Part shown: positions 37,102-47,658 of the stretch, one piece after another | How positions within the stretch are numbered: position 1 is the first letter of the stretch | How the letters are laid out: each line of letters opens with the position of its first letter | Made by a program: the position numbers and the translations under genes | Source of the DNA: an uncultured Clostridia bacterium | GTDB taxonomy: Bacteria > Bacillota > Clostridia > TANB77 > CAG-508 | Direction of reading: 5' to 3' | Length of the DNA stretch: 64,000 nt | NCBI GenBank assembly: GCA_963558185.1 | Contig: CAUWFE010000001.1 | Coordinates: 68,029 to 132,028 of the forward strand | Notes under the pieces: model-generated | Databases searched by the model: none | Told to the model about the DNA's origin: nothing | Seen by the model: the letters and a program-made list of their open reading frames with translations, nothing else

Positions 37102-39399
37102 ATGAAAGTAGATTTTATAACAAGACATGCTATACCAAATTATGGTTCAATTTTACAAACATATGCAACACAAAAAATATTAGAAAAATTAGGTTGCGAT
37201 TCAGAAGTTATTAATTATATTCAATTAGAAGAAACAGGAGGAAAAACAATTGCTACAAATTGTAATATACAAAGTAATAATCTAAAATCAAAACTAAAAA
37301 GAATTGCATATTTAATTGTACAACAACCGAATGTAACACACATGCATTCAAAATTTGCACAATTTAGAAAAAAATATTTAAAACAAACAGATAAAGAATA
37401 TCATACAATATATGAATTAAAAAAAGATTTACCTAAAGCAGACATATATTGTACTGGTAGTGACCAAGTATGGGCAAAAATAGGAGCTAAAGATTATGAT
37501 GAAGCATATTTTTTAGAATTTGTACCAGAAGGAAAAAGATGTATATCATATGCAGCAAGTTTTGGAAAAAGTAAAATAGATGAAAAATTAGAACAAAACT
37601 TGCCACATTTATTAAAAAAATATGAAACAATACTAGTTAGAGAAAACACAGCAGAAGATATTATAAAAAATAAAGGATTCAACAATGCAAAACAAGTGTT
37701 AGACCCAACTTTACTATTAGATAAAGATGAATGGAATGTAATTTCAGAAAAAAATAAATTAGAAAACAAAGAATATATATTAGTCTATCAATTACATCAT
37801 AATAAACAAATGGAAAATTATTTAAAAGAGCTAAAAAAACATACAAAATTACCTATTTATAGAATTCATCCATCTATATATTATGGTACAAAACCTGGTA
37901 AATTTTTATATTTACCAACACCAGGGCAATATATTAGCTACATAAAAAATGCAAAATACATAGTAACAGACTCTTTTCATGGAACAGTATTTTCTCTAAT
38001 CTTTAATAAGAATTTTGTAGATATTTTACCAGGTGAAACTTCTACAAGAATTGAAAGTATTTTAAAATTGGTAAATCAAGAAAATAGAATAATAAGAGAT
38101 TTTAATAAATTTAATTGGTTAGAAGAAAATATTGATTATACACAAATAAATAAAATATTAAAAGAGCAAAGAGAAATATCTTTAAATGATTTCAAAAAGG
38201 CTATCTATAAAGATACAAAAAATAATGTGCAAAATATGATGAATCAGAAAAAACAATGTACAGGTTGTAGAGCATGTGAACAATTATGCCCTAAAAATGC
38301 AATTCATATGGTAGAAGATGAAGAGGGATTTTTAACACCTGAAGTTGACCATAATTTATGTATAAATTGTGGCATATGTGCAAATAAATGCCCACAACTT
38401 AGAAATATCGAGAAAAAAGTAGAACAAGAATGTTATGCAGCAAAAATAAAAGATAAAGAAACTTTAATGAATAGCTCATCAGGAGGTATATTTTCAGTAT
38501 TAGCAAATCATGTTTTAAAACAAAATGGTAAAGTTTATGGGGCTATTTTTACAGAAGATTTACAAATAGAACATATAGGGATTGATAAAATTTCAGAAAT
38601 GAAAAAATTAAGAGGTTCAAAATATGTTCAAAGTAATACAAAAAATACTTTTTCAGAGGTAAAACAAGACTTAGAAAATGGTAAAAAAGTATTATATTCA
38701 GGTACTCCTTGTCAAATAGCAGGACTAAAAAATTACTTAGGTAAAGAATATGAAAATCTTTTTACAGTAGATATTGTATGTCATGGAGTTCCAAGCCCAC
38801 AACTATTTAAAAAATATATAAATAATATAGAAGATAAATATAAGGGTAAAATAACAAATTTTTCTTTTAGAGAAAAAGAGAAAAGAGGATGGGGAAAAAA
38901 TTTAAAAATAGAGTTAGATAATGGAAAAGTAATTCAAAAATTTTCAGACTTAGATCCATATTATAAATCATTTTTAGCAGGAGATATTTGTAGAGAAGTA
39001 TGCTATGAATGTAAATATTCAACTAGAAATAGAGTGGGAGATATAACAATAGCTGATTACTGGGGAATAGAATATGAACATCCTGAATTTATAGATAATA
39101 ATGGAATTTCAGCTGTAATGCTTCAAACTCAAAAAGGTAAAAATATGTGGAAAGAAATAGAAGAAGAAATAGATAGCATACCAACAACCATAGAAAAAAT
39201 TGCAAAACATAATCATAATTTAAAACAACCAACTAAAAGAAATAGTATTAGAAATAATGTATATAAAGGATTAGAAAATAAAGAATTTAATACATATTGC
39301 AAAGAAAATTTATATTTTAAAAAGAAGTTAAAAGATAGAATAAAAAGCTTAATATCAGAAGAAAGCAAAAGAAAATTAAAAAAGATGCTAAAAAAATAA
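37102..39399 (+). CDS. Fusion: polysaccharide pyruvyl transferase + FrhB-like (F420 hydrogenase beta-type) 4Fe-4S protein
   Basis: The N-terminal half has NYGSILQ and GSDQVW motifs, as in 41817-42884. The C-terminal half has 2x CxxCxxCxxxCP plus GSKYVQS and GTPCQIAGL, as in 42900-44054. Confidence 0.8.
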   Translation: MKVDFITRHAIPNYGSILQTYATQKILEKLGCDSEVINYIQLEETGGKTIATNCNIQSNNLKSKLKRIAYLIVQQPNVTHMHSKFAQFRKKYLKQTDKEYHTIYELKKDLPKADIYCTGSDQVWAKIGAKDYDEAYFLEFVPEGKRCISYAASFGKSKIDEKLEQNLPHLLKKYETILVRENTAEDIIKNKGFNNAKQVLDPTLLLDKDEWNVISEKNKLENKEYILVYQLHHNKQMENYLKELKKHTKLPIYRIHPSIYYGTKPGKFLYLPTPGQYISYIKNAKYIVTDSFHGTVFSLIFNKNFVDILPGETSTRIESILKLVNQENRIIRDFNKFNWLEENIDYTQINKILKEQREISLNDFKKAIYKDTKNNVQNMMNQKKQCTGCRACEQLCPKNAIHMVEDEEGFLTPEVDHNLCINCGICANKCPQLRNIEKKVEQECYAAKIKDKETLMNSSSGGIFSVLANHVLKQNGKVYGAIFTEDLQIEHIGIDKISEMKKLRGSKYVQSNTKNTFSEVKQDLENGKKVLYSGTPCQIAGLKNYLGKEYENLFTVDIVCHGVPSPQLFKKYINNIEDKYKGKITNFSFREKEKRGWGKNLKIELDNGKVIQKFSDLDPYYKSFLAGDICREVCYECKYSTRNRVGDITIADYWGIEYEHPEFIDNNGISAVMLQTQKGKNMWKEIEEEIDSIPTTIEKIAKHNHNLKQPTKRNSIRNNVYKGLENKEFNTYCKENLYFKKKLKDRIKSLISEESKRKLKKMLKK

Positions 39400-39414
39400 A
39401 ATGGAGGATAAAAA

Positions 39415-40407
39415 TTGAGAGTAAGTATTATTATTCCAGCATATAATGCAGAAAAATATATAGAAAAATGTATAGAAAGTATATTGCCACAATTAACAAG
39501 TGAAGATGAAATTATATTAGTTAATCCAAGTTCAACAGATGAAACAAAAAAGATATGTGAAAATTATGTGCACAAACATAATAATATTAAACTATACAAC
39601 ATTGAAAAATCTGGACCATCAAAAACAAGAAATGTAGGAATAGATAACGCAAACGGTAAATATGCTATATTTTTAGATGCAGATGACTATGTAGAACCAA
39701 ATTACTTAGAAATAATGTTACAACAAGTAGAAAAAGACCAACTATTAATATGTGCATATAAAATGATTCAGCAAGAAAGTGGAAAAGAAAATATAAAACA
39801 ATTTTCAAAACAAATAGAATTGGTAGAATTTGAGAATATAACTAAACTATATGAAAAAGAATTATTAAATTTAGTATGGAATAAAATATATGACTTAGAA
39901 CTGATAAAGAAAAATAATATAAAATTTGATGAAAGATATTATAAAGGGGAAGATTTATTATTTAACCTTAAATATATACAATATATTAATAGTATAAAAG
40001 TAATACCTAATGTTTTATATAATTACATAAGCAAAAAAACAGGAATTAACAGAGGGCATGTAGAACCTTTACAAGTAAGACTTGAAAGGACAAAAGAAAT
40101 ATATAATGAATGTGTAAAAATAAGTAAAGGAAAGAATATACATAATATAAAGAGAATGATTATAAATTTATACTTTTTACATTTAAGAAATTATATTAAA
40201 GAAGAAAAAATATATAATCCATTCAATATAATAAAAACTTTTAGAGAAAAAACAGATATAGAATACTTATTTCAAGAAAACTTAGATGCACAATTAGAAT
40301 CATTAAAGAAAATGTATGCAAAAAAACATATAATAAGAATGTATATAAAAAATAGAATATATATGAAAAAAATTGATATTGAAACTAGAAAGGAAAAACA
40401 TGAATAA
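39415..40407 (+). CDS. Glycosyltransferase family 2
   Basis: VSIIIPAYNAEKYI and FLDADD (DxD). TTG start behind GGAGG. Confidence 0.85.
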   Translation: MRVSIIIPAYNAEKYIEKCIESILPQLTSEDEIILVNPSSTDETKKICENYVHKHNNIKLYNIEKSGPSKTRNVGIDNANGKYAIFLDADDYVEPNYLEIMLQQVEKDQLLICAYKMIQQESGKENIKQFSKQIELVEFENITKLYEKELLNLVWNKIYDLELIKKNNIKFDERYYKGEDLLFNLKYIQYINSIKVIPNVLYNYISKKTGINRGHVEPLQVRLERTKEIYNECVKISKGKNIHNIKRMIINLYFLHLRNYIKEEKIYNPFNIIKTFREKTDIEYLFQENLDAQLESLKKMYAKKHIIRMYIKNRIYMKKIDIETRKEKHE

Positions 40408-41809
40408 AGAAAAACAATTATTAAAAAATACAGCAATTATATCTATTGGGAAAATATGTACACAAATAATTACCTTTTTCTTATTGCCATTATATACAGC
40501 AGTACTTTCAACAGAAGAATATGGAATTGTAGATATATTAAATACATTAATATTTCTTTTAATACCAATTTTAACTTTGCAGATAGAACAAGGAATTTTT
40601 AGATATTTATTAGAAAAAAAGGATGAAAAAAAAGAACAACAAAAAATTATTACATCATCAATTCTATTTTGTGCTTTACAAACAGTTATATATTTAATTT
40701 TATTTACTATAATAAGTCCTTTAATACATAATAATTATAAATATTTTTTATCTGTTAATTTAGTAGCAAATGTATTTTCATCTGTTTTATTACAAACAAG
40801 TAGAGGATTACAAGATAATGTAACATATGCAATAGGAAGTTTTTTATCTGGATTTTTTACAGTAATATTAAATGTAATTTTTATTGTATTTTTTAAAATG
40901 GGTGCATATGGAATATTAACAGCAACATTAATAGGAAATGTAATATGTACTTTATATATCGTATTTAAGAAAAAAATATACCAGTACATAAAAATTAAAT
41001 ATTTTGATAAATATGTACTAAAAAATATGTTAAAATATTCTATACCACTAATTCCAAATGCACTATCATGGTGGATAGTTAATGTTTCAGACAGAATGAT
41101 AGTTACTTTATTTTTAGGGGTAGCAACAAATGGTATATATTCAGCTGCAAATAAATTTTCAGGAGTGCTTGTTGCATTAAATGGAATTTTCAACATAACA
41201 TGGACAGAATCAGCAGTTATGAACATAAAAGGCGAGGATAAAGATGAATTTTTTACAAAAATGTTTTCAACAACACTTAAAATATTTGGTTCGCTAGTTT
41301 TAGGAATAATTGCTTTTATGCCATTTGTGTTTCCAATATTAATAAATGCAAAATTTGGTGATGCATATTACCAAATTCCAATCTTATTAGTGGGAATTGT
41401 ATTTAATATATTAGTAAGTTTTTTAGGAGCGATATATGTTGCTAAAAAGATTACTAAAGAAATATCAAAGACTTCGATATTAGCAGCTATTATAAATATA
41501 GTTATAAATTTATCATTAATTAAATTTATTGGATTATATGCAGCTTCTTTATCAACTACAATAGCATACTTTATTATGTTCATATATAGATATATTGATT
41601 CTAAAAAATATGTAAAAATAAAAGTTAATCCAATTTTTATAACATCTATGATAGTAATATATGCTATAACTATAATAACATATTACATAAGAAACTTTGT
41701 TATTTCTGGAATAGTTGCACTAATTGTTGTAATATATACAATATATATTAATAAAAATAATGCGAAATTTATTGTAAATATATTAAAGAATAAATTTATA
41801 AAAAGGTAG
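40400..41809 (+). CDS. wzx: Oligosaccharide flippase (Wzx, MOP superfamily)
   Basis: About 12-14 TM helices with the usual LLKNTAIISIGKI N-terminus. ATG 40400 overlaps the upstream stop. Confidence 0.82.
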   Translation: MNKEKQLLKNTAIISIGKICTQIITFFLLPLYTAVLSTEEYGIVDILNTLIFLLIPILTLQIEQGIFRYLLEKKDEKKEQQKIITSSILFCALQTVIYLILFTIISPLIHNNYKYFLSVNLVANVFSSVLLQTSRGLQDNVTYAIGSFLSGFFTVILNVIFIVFFKMGAYGILTATLIGNVICTLYIVFKKKIYQYIKIKYFDKYVLKNMLKYSIPLIPNALSWWIVNVSDRMIVTLFLGVATNGIYSAANKFSGVLVALNGIFNITWTESAVMNIKGEDKDEFFTKMFSTTLKIFGSLVLGIIAFMPFVFPILINAKFGDAYYQIPILLVGIVFNILVSFLGAIYVAKKITKEISKTSILAAIINIVINLSLIKFIGLYAASLSTTIAYFIMFIYRYIDSKKYVKIKVNPIFITSMIVIYAITIITYYIRNFVISGIVALIVVIYTIYINKNNAKFIVNILKNKFIKR

Positions 41810-41816
41810 GAAGCGT

Positions 41817-42884
41817 ATGAAAAAAGTAGGAATTGTAACAATTTATGACACTAATAATTATGGAAATAGATTACAAAATTATGCCATGCAAGAAATTTTA
41901 AAAAAATATGATTTAGATGTTGAAACATTAAAAAATAATGCTAATACAAATATAAAAAATAAAAAAGTAGTAGAAATTTTAAAAAGAATAAAAAATTTTT
42001 TTAATAAAGTAAAAAATATTACAAATAAAAGAGCAAGATATTTTAAAGATTTTGATAAAAATATTAATTTTGCTAAAAAAGAATTAAGATATGAAAATGC
42101 TTCTAATTTTGAAAATAACTATGATTATTTCATAACAGGAAGTGACCAAGTGTGGAATCCATATTTTGGTAGACTAACAGACATAGATTTATTAAAATTT
42201 GCTAAACCAAACAAAAGAATTAGTATAGCGGCAAGTTTTGGTGTAAATGATATAGATAAAAAATATAATGAAAAATGTAGTAATGAATTAAAAAAATTTA
42301 AAGCTATATCTGTAAGAGAAAGAGAAGGAAAAGATATAATAAATAAAATATCTGATGATATAAAAGAAGTAGAAGTAGTATTAGATCCAACAATGATGTT
42401 AACAGCAGCAGAATGGGAAAAGGTTATAAAAAAACCAGAAAGTTTAAAACAAGAAAGATATATTCTTAACTATTTTTTAGGTGAGTTAGATGATAAAATC
42501 AAAGAAAAAATAGAAAGAATAGCTAAAGAAAATAATTGTAAAATAATTAATTTGTTGGATAAAAGAGAAGAAATGTATAATTCTGGGCCAAGTGAATTTT
42601 TATATTTAATAAAACACGCATTTTTAATATGTACTGATTCTTTTCATTCATGTGTTTTTTCAATTTTATTTGAAAGACCATTTCTAGTAATAGAGAGAAA
42701 ATCTAAAAATAATATGAGTTCAAGAATATATACATTACTTAATACATTTAAATTGCAAAATAGAATTATAAAAGATGATATACACGAAGATATAATAAAA
42801 ATAGACTACACAGAAACAATGAAAATATTACAAGAAGAAAGAAAAAAAGAAGAAAACTTTATAAAAAATGCATTAGATATATAG
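41817..42884 (+). CDS. Polysaccharide pyruvyl transferase
   Basis: NYGNRLQNYA, GSDQVWNP and TDSFHSCVFS motifs. Confidence 0.8.
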   Translation: MKKVGIVTIYDTNNYGNRLQNYAMQEILKKYDLDVETLKNNANTNIKNKKVVEILKRIKNFFNKVKNITNKRARYFKDFDKNINFAKKELRYENASNFENNYDYFITGSDQVWNPYFGRLTDIDLLKFAKPNKRISIAASFGVNDIDKKYNEKCSNELKKFKAISVREREGKDIINKISDDIKEVEVVLDPTMMLTAAEWEKVIKKPESLKQERYILNYFLGELDDKIKEKIERIAKENNCKIINLLDKREEMYNSGPSEFLYLIKHAFLICTDSFHSCVFSILFERPFLVIERKSKNNMSSRIYTLLNTFKLQNRIIKDDIHEDIIKIDYTETMKILQEERKKEENFIKNALDI

Positions 42885-42899
42885 TAAAGGAAGAAAAAA

Positions 42900-44054
42900 A
42901 TGATAGTAGAAAAAGAAAAATGCTATGGTTGCAATGCTTGTATGAATATTTGCCCAAAACAAGCAATAAAAATGGAAAAAGATGAAAAGGGTTTCTTATA
43001 TCCAATTGTAGATAAAGAAAAATGCATAAATTGTGATTTATGTAAAAAAGTTTGTCCAAGCTTAAACTGCGAAGAACAAAATAAAAGAGTTCCTAGTACA
43101 GGTTTTGCTTGTATTAATAAAGATGAAAGCATTCGAATAAAAAGTTCTTCAGGTGGAATATTTACTTTAATAGCACAAGAAATATTAAAAGAAAATGGAG
43201 TAGTTTTTGGAGCAAGGTTTGATAAAAACTTTAAAGTTGTACACGATTACATAGAAAAAAAGGAAGAGTTAGATATATTTAGAGGCTCTAAATATGTTCA
43301 AAGTGAAATAAAAGATACATATAAACAGGTAAAAAACTTTTTAGAACAAGGAAAAAAAGTATTATTTACAGGAACACCTTGTCAAATAGAAGGCCTATAC
43401 AATTATTTAATGAAAGAATATGAAAATTTATATACACAAGATTTTATATGTCATGGAGTACCTTCTCCTGAATTTTGGAGAAAATATTTGCAACATATAA
43501 CAAAGAATCAAAATAACATTGAAAATATAAATTTTAGAGAAAAAATAAAATATGGTTGGAATGATTTTAGTTTACTAATCAGATATAATAATAAAGAGTA
43601 TAATAAAACTAATTCTAAAGATTTTTACATGCAAATGTTTTTATTAGATGTAGTTTTAAGAGATTCTTGCTATTCATGTAAATTTAAAAACTTTCAAACT
43701 AAAGCAGATATTACATTAGGAGACTTATGGGGAGCTAAAGACATAATTCCAAAAATGCATGATAATAAAGGTCTATCAATCGTTTTTGTTAATAGTAAAA
43801 AAGGAAAAGAAATATTTAACAAAATTATGCCATATATGAAAGTAGAAGAAATTACTTTGGAAAAAGTTGGAAAATACAATAAAGGCTTATTAGAAACAGC
43901 TAAAAAACCCAAAATAAGAGAAGAATTTTTTATGGATTTAGAAAATAAATCTTTTAATAAAGTAGTAAAAAAATATAAGAAGCGCTTTGTTGGAAGTAAA
44001 AGATTTATTAGAAAATGTAAAAATAAATTGAAAAAAATAGTAAAAGTTAAATGA
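42900..44054 (+). CDS. FrhB-like (coenzyme F420 hydrogenase beta-type) 4Fe-4S dicluster protein
   Basis: CYGCNACMNICP and CINCDLCKKVCP clusters, GSKYVQS and GTPCQIEGL. Confidence 0.8.
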   Translation: MIVEKEKCYGCNACMNICPKQAIKMEKDEKGFLYPIVDKEKCINCDLCKKVCPSLNCEEQNKRVPSTGFACINKDESIRIKSSSGGIFTLIAQEILKENGVVFGARFDKNFKVVHDYIEKKEELDIFRGSKYVQSEIKDTYKQVKNFLEQGKKVLFTGTPCQIEGLYNYLMKEYENLYTQDFICHGVPSPEFWRKYLQHITKNQNNIENINFREKIKYGWNDFSLLIRYNNKEYNKTNSKDFYMQMFLLDVVLRDSCYSCKFKNFQTKADITLGDLWGAKDIIPKMHDNKGLSIVFVNSKKGKEIFNKIMPYMKVEEITLEKVGKYNKGLLETAKKPKIREEFFMDLENKSFNKVVKKYKKRFVGSKRFIRKCKNKLKKIVKVK

Positions 44055-44068
44055 TATGGAGAGATAAC

Positions 44069-44860
44069 ATGAAAAATATAAAAATTATAGTAGCAACACA
44101 TAAAAAATATCAAATGCCAGAAGAAAAAATGTATTTACCTATTCATGTAGGAAAAGAAGGAAAACAAGATTTAGGATATACTGGTGATAATACAGGAGAT
44201 AATATTTCAAATAAAAATAACTTTTATTGTGAATTAACAGGAATGTATTGGGCATGGAAAAATTTAGATGCAGACTATATAGGATTATGCCATTATAGAA
44301 GATATTTTTCATGTAGCAAAAAAATACCAAAAGAAGAACAAGAAAAATTTAAAGCAGTTCTTCATGAAGATGAAGTAAACAAAATAATAGAAAAAACAGA
44401 TGTTATATTACCTAAAAAAAGATCATATTTTCATATTGAAAATCTATATGACCACTATAAACATACAATGTATGTAGAACCATTAGAAGAAACTAGAAAA
44501 ATAATAGAAGAAAAATGTCCAAAATATTTAACAGAATTTGATAAATTACATAAAAGAACATCAGCACACATGTTTAATATGTTTATAATGAAAAAGGAAA
44601 TTTTAGATAAATATTGTACATGGCTTTTTGATATTTTATTTGAATTAGAAAAAAGATATAATCCATATCAATATGATAGTTTTCATGCACGATATTTAGG
44701 AAGAATTTCTGAATTACTATTAGATGTATGGATATATACAAATAAAATAAGCTATGAAGAAGTAAGAGTAATTGACATGCAACCTGTTAATTGGTGGAAA
44801 AAAGGTACAAGCTTTTTAAAAGCAAAATTTACAGGAAAAAAATATGATAAAAGTTTTTAA
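44069..44860 (+). CDS. DUF4422 family putative glycosyltransferase
   Basis: IIVATHKKY.., CELTGMYWAWKN and IGLCHYRRYF are characteristic of DUF4422. Confidence 0.72.
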   Translation: MKNIKIIVATHKKYQMPEEKMYLPIHVGKEGKQDLGYTGDNTGDNISNKNNFYCELTGMYWAWKNLDADYIGLCHYRRYFSCSKKIPKEEQEKFKAVLHEDEVNKIIEKTDVILPKKRSYFHIENLYDHYKHTMYVEPLEETRKIIEEKCPKYLTEFDKLHKRTSAHMFNMFIMKKEILDKYCTWLFDILFELEKRYNPYQYDSFHARYLGRISELLLDVWIYTNKISYEEVRVIDMQPVNWWKKGTSFLKAKFTGKKYDKSF

Positions 44861-44867
44861 AAAGTAG

Positions 44868-44908
44868 AATCTGGCTGAAAATAATTACAATTCTTTTTCA
44901 GCCAGATT
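44868..44908 (+). terminator. Hairpin terminator
   Basis: AATCTGGCTGAAAA-N13-TTTTCAGCCAGATT. Confidence 0.55.
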
Positions 44909-44934
44909 TACATATTTAAGAAGGGATTAGGTAA

Positions 44935-45909
44935 ATGGAAGATTTAATTAGTGTAGTATTACCAATTTATAAAGTAGAAAAATATTTAGAAAAATGTGTA
45001 GAAAGTGTAATAAAACAAACATACAAAAATATAGAAATAATTTTAGTAGATGATGGCTCACCAGATAATTGTCCTAATTTATGTGATGAATATATGAAAA
45101 AAGATAACAGAATTAAGGTAATTCATAAACAAAATGGTGGACTGTCAGATGCAAGAAATGCAGGAATAAATATAGCAAAAGGAAAATATATTACATTTAT
45201 AGATTCAGATGACTATGTAGACTATGATTATGTAGAATTCTTATATAAGGCAATAAAAGAAGCTAATGCTCAAATGTCAATAGCTTCACACCGAGTAATT
45301 TATGATAGTGGAAAAATAATTGAAAAGGCAACAAATGAAAATAGTGTATTAGAGCCAAAAAAAGTTTTAGAAAGAATTTTATATGACGAGGGAATTGACT
45401 TATCTTCATGGGGAAAATTATATTTAACAAGTTTATTTAATAATGTTAAATTTCCAAAAGGAAGATTATTTGAAGATTCAGCAACAACATATCTTTTAGT
45501 AGAACAATGTGATAAAATTGCAATAGTATCAGAAAGTAAATATAATTATATAATTAGAGGGGAATCTATTACAACAGCAAATTTTTCACCTAAAAAGATG
45601 GATTTAATAACTTCAACAACAGAAATGACAAATTATATAAAAAATAAATATCCAGATTTAACAAGAGCAGCTAATAGAAGATTAATGTATGCATATTTAT
45701 CAACAATTTCACAACTTGCAAATAGCAAAACAAAATATCCTAAAGAGCAAAATGAATTAGTACAATATATTAAAGAAAATGGAAATATGATATTAAAAGA
45801 TAAAAGAGCTAAAAGAAGGGATAAATTCGGAATATTGTCATTGAAATTAGGTTTTACAAGTTACAAAATAATTTGGAAAGCATATTTAAAAATAACAAAA
45901 AGAGTATAA
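44935..45909 (+). CDS. Glycosyltransferase family 2
   Basis: ISVVLPIYKVEKYL, VDDGSPD and FIDSDD motifs. Confidence 0.88.
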   Translation: MEDLISVVLPIYKVEKYLEKCVESVIKQTYKNIEIILVDDGSPDNCPNLCDEYMKKDNRIKVIHKQNGGLSDARNAGINIAKGKYITFIDSDDYVDYDYVEFLYKAIKEANAQMSIASHRVIYDSGKIIEKATNENSVLEPKKVLERILYDEGIDLSSWGKLYLTSLFNNVKFPKGRLFEDSATTYLLVEQCDKIAIVSESKYNYIIRGESITTANFSPKKMDLITSTTEMTNYIKNKYPDLTRAANRRLMYAYLSTISQLANSKTKYPKEQNELVQYIKENGNMILKDKRAKRRDKFGILSLKLGFTSYKIIWKAYLKITKRV

Positions 45910-46096
45910 ATATATTTACAATTAAAAAAATAGTGTTATTATATTTATAACAGACTATAAAATGGTACAGAATTTGTAAAATTTCTCCATAAGCATTCGT
46001 CAGTTTATTGATTATATTTCAAAGCATTCTAACAAAAATAATTAGAAACCATTAAATAGTAAAAACAAAAGTATAAAAGAAAGAAGGTACAAAAAT

Positions 46097-47047
46097 ATGA
46101 AAGAGGAACCAAAAAAAATTGAAGAAATGAATGGATTTAAAGATTTAAGAATAGTGGATAATTTTTATCAAACATCTAGCTTTTTTCCAATGCCTACCAC
46201 AGAAATTGGAACATTAAATGAAGATGGAAAAACAAACTTAGGTTCATATTCATTATGCTTTCCATACTATATTGCTGGTAAGGAATATTATGCAATGATA
46301 TTATGTTGTAGAAATAGTTCTAATACAGCAAAAAATATATTAAGAACAGGAAAATGTAGTATTAATTTCATTACAGATAAGAGGGCATACTTTAAAGAAG
46401 CAGTAAGGCTAGGATATCCTGGAGAAACAACAGATGAAAAAATGAAAAATTGCAAATTTACATTAGTAGATGGAAAAAGGGCAAGAGAAAATTCTAATGA
46501 ACAATATCCTAAAATAGTAAAAGAAGCATTTCAGGTATTTGAATGTACATGGGTTAGAGAATTAGATAATGCTCAAAATGATACTGTACAAGAAGAATAT
46601 ATGCCACCATATCATCAATTTAACGGAATTACAAGCGAGCACGGAGCTCATTTTATATTAAAAATAGATAATATATTAATGAAAGAAAAATATTATAATG
46701 CAATTATAAATGGAGTAACTCCATATAACTTCCCAAATGTACCAGTTGATTATGGATATAGAGATAGTAAAAATTTTTGGTATACTCGCTTTAAAAGACC
46801 AATAGCAGAACCAATACCAGATGATAAAGGAATTAGCTTAGATACTGTAAAGTATGCAGCAGGTAGAATAGATCCAGAGGTAAAATTCACAGACGAAGCT
46901 TGTGCAAAATTAGTAAAAGTACCACGTGTATTTTTAAATACTGTGCTTAAAGGTTGTGTAGCTTGGGCAAAAGAGAATAATGTATCTTTGATTACAGATA
47001 AAGAAATGGATATAATAAATGATAAAAGAAATAAAGAAAAAAAATAG
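46097..47047 (+). CDS. Hypothetical protein, possibly flavin-reductase-like split-barrel
   Basis: Intact 316-aa ORF with an RBS. The domain guess is weak and rests on PMPT..IGT..G..N and T..NI...G.CSINF patterns. Confidence 0.45.
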   Translation: MKEEPKKIEEMNGFKDLRIVDNFYQTSSFFPMPTTEIGTLNEDGKTNLGSYSLCFPYYIAGKEYYAMILCCRNSSNTAKNILRTGKCSINFITDKRAYFKEAVRLGYPGETTDEKMKNCKFTLVDGKRARENSNEQYPKIVKEAFQVFECTWVRELDNAQNDTVQEEYMPPYHQFNGITSEHGAHFILKIDNILMKEKYYNAIINGVTPYNFPNVPVDYGYRDSKNFWYTRFKRPIAEPIPDDKGISLDTVKYAAGRIDPEVKFTDEACAKLVKVPRVFLNTVLKGCVAWAKENNVSLITDKEMDIINDKRNKEKK

Positions 47048-47112
47048 AATAAAATACTTGCAAAAAACATAAAAATAATATATAGTAAAGAAAAAAAGAA
47101 AGGGTGTTTTTT

Positions 47113-47451
47113 ATGGAAGAAAATAATCAAAATGAAGTATTAAAAGAAGAAGTAACTATGCAAGGAAATGAAACAGTTAATACAGAAAAGCAAAATGATA
47201 ATATAAGCAATAATAAATCTGGCAAAAAATTAAATATTTGTGCATTAATTAGTTTTATCTTTTCTTTAATAGGAATTGTAATAGCAGGGTTACCTTGTGG
47301 AATAGTAGCTACAATTACAGGTATCATCGGATTAGTAACATTTAAATCAGAAACAGAAAATAATAGATGGATGGCAATTTTTGGTTTATGTGCAGGAATT
47401 ATAGAAATTGTAATTATGGTAATATATATGATGACATTATCAACTTTATAA
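47113..47451 (+). CDS. DUF4190-like small membrane protein
   Basis: Polar N-terminus followed by two glycine-rich TM helices (ALISFIFSLIGIVIAGLPCGIVATITGIIGLV). Confidence 0.6.
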   Translation: MEENNQNEVLKEEVTMQGNETVNTEKQNDNISNNKSGKKLNICALISFIFSLIGIVIAGLPCGIVATITGIIGLVTFKSETENNRWMAIFGLCAGIIEIVIMVIYMMTLSTL

Positions 47452-47465
47452 AATAATAAAAAACA

Positions 47466-47502
47466 AAACAAGTATAATATGAAAACTATACTTGTTTTTT
47501 TT
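47466..47502 (+). terminator. Rho-independent terminator
   Basis: AAACAAGTATA-N10-TATACTTGTTT followed by a T run. Confidence 0.7.
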
Positions 47503-47608
47503 ATGATATAATGATGGTGTGCTAAAATTTTCTTAAGATTTACATTTACTAGAAAATCTTACACACGCTTTTTTAGGCAAATATGTTCACAAAAAATTCA
47601 CAAAAAAA

Positions 47609-47635
47609 TTAGCAATCTATATTGACATTTGCTAA
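47609..47635 (+). promoter_or_regulatory. Degenerate CIRCE-like inverted repeat overlapping the hrcA promoter
   Basis: TTAGCAATC-N9-ATTTGCTAA with TTGACA (47622-27) inside the spacer. Confidence 0.4.
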
Positions 47636-47658
47636 AAAAGGTTATAATATATAACAAG

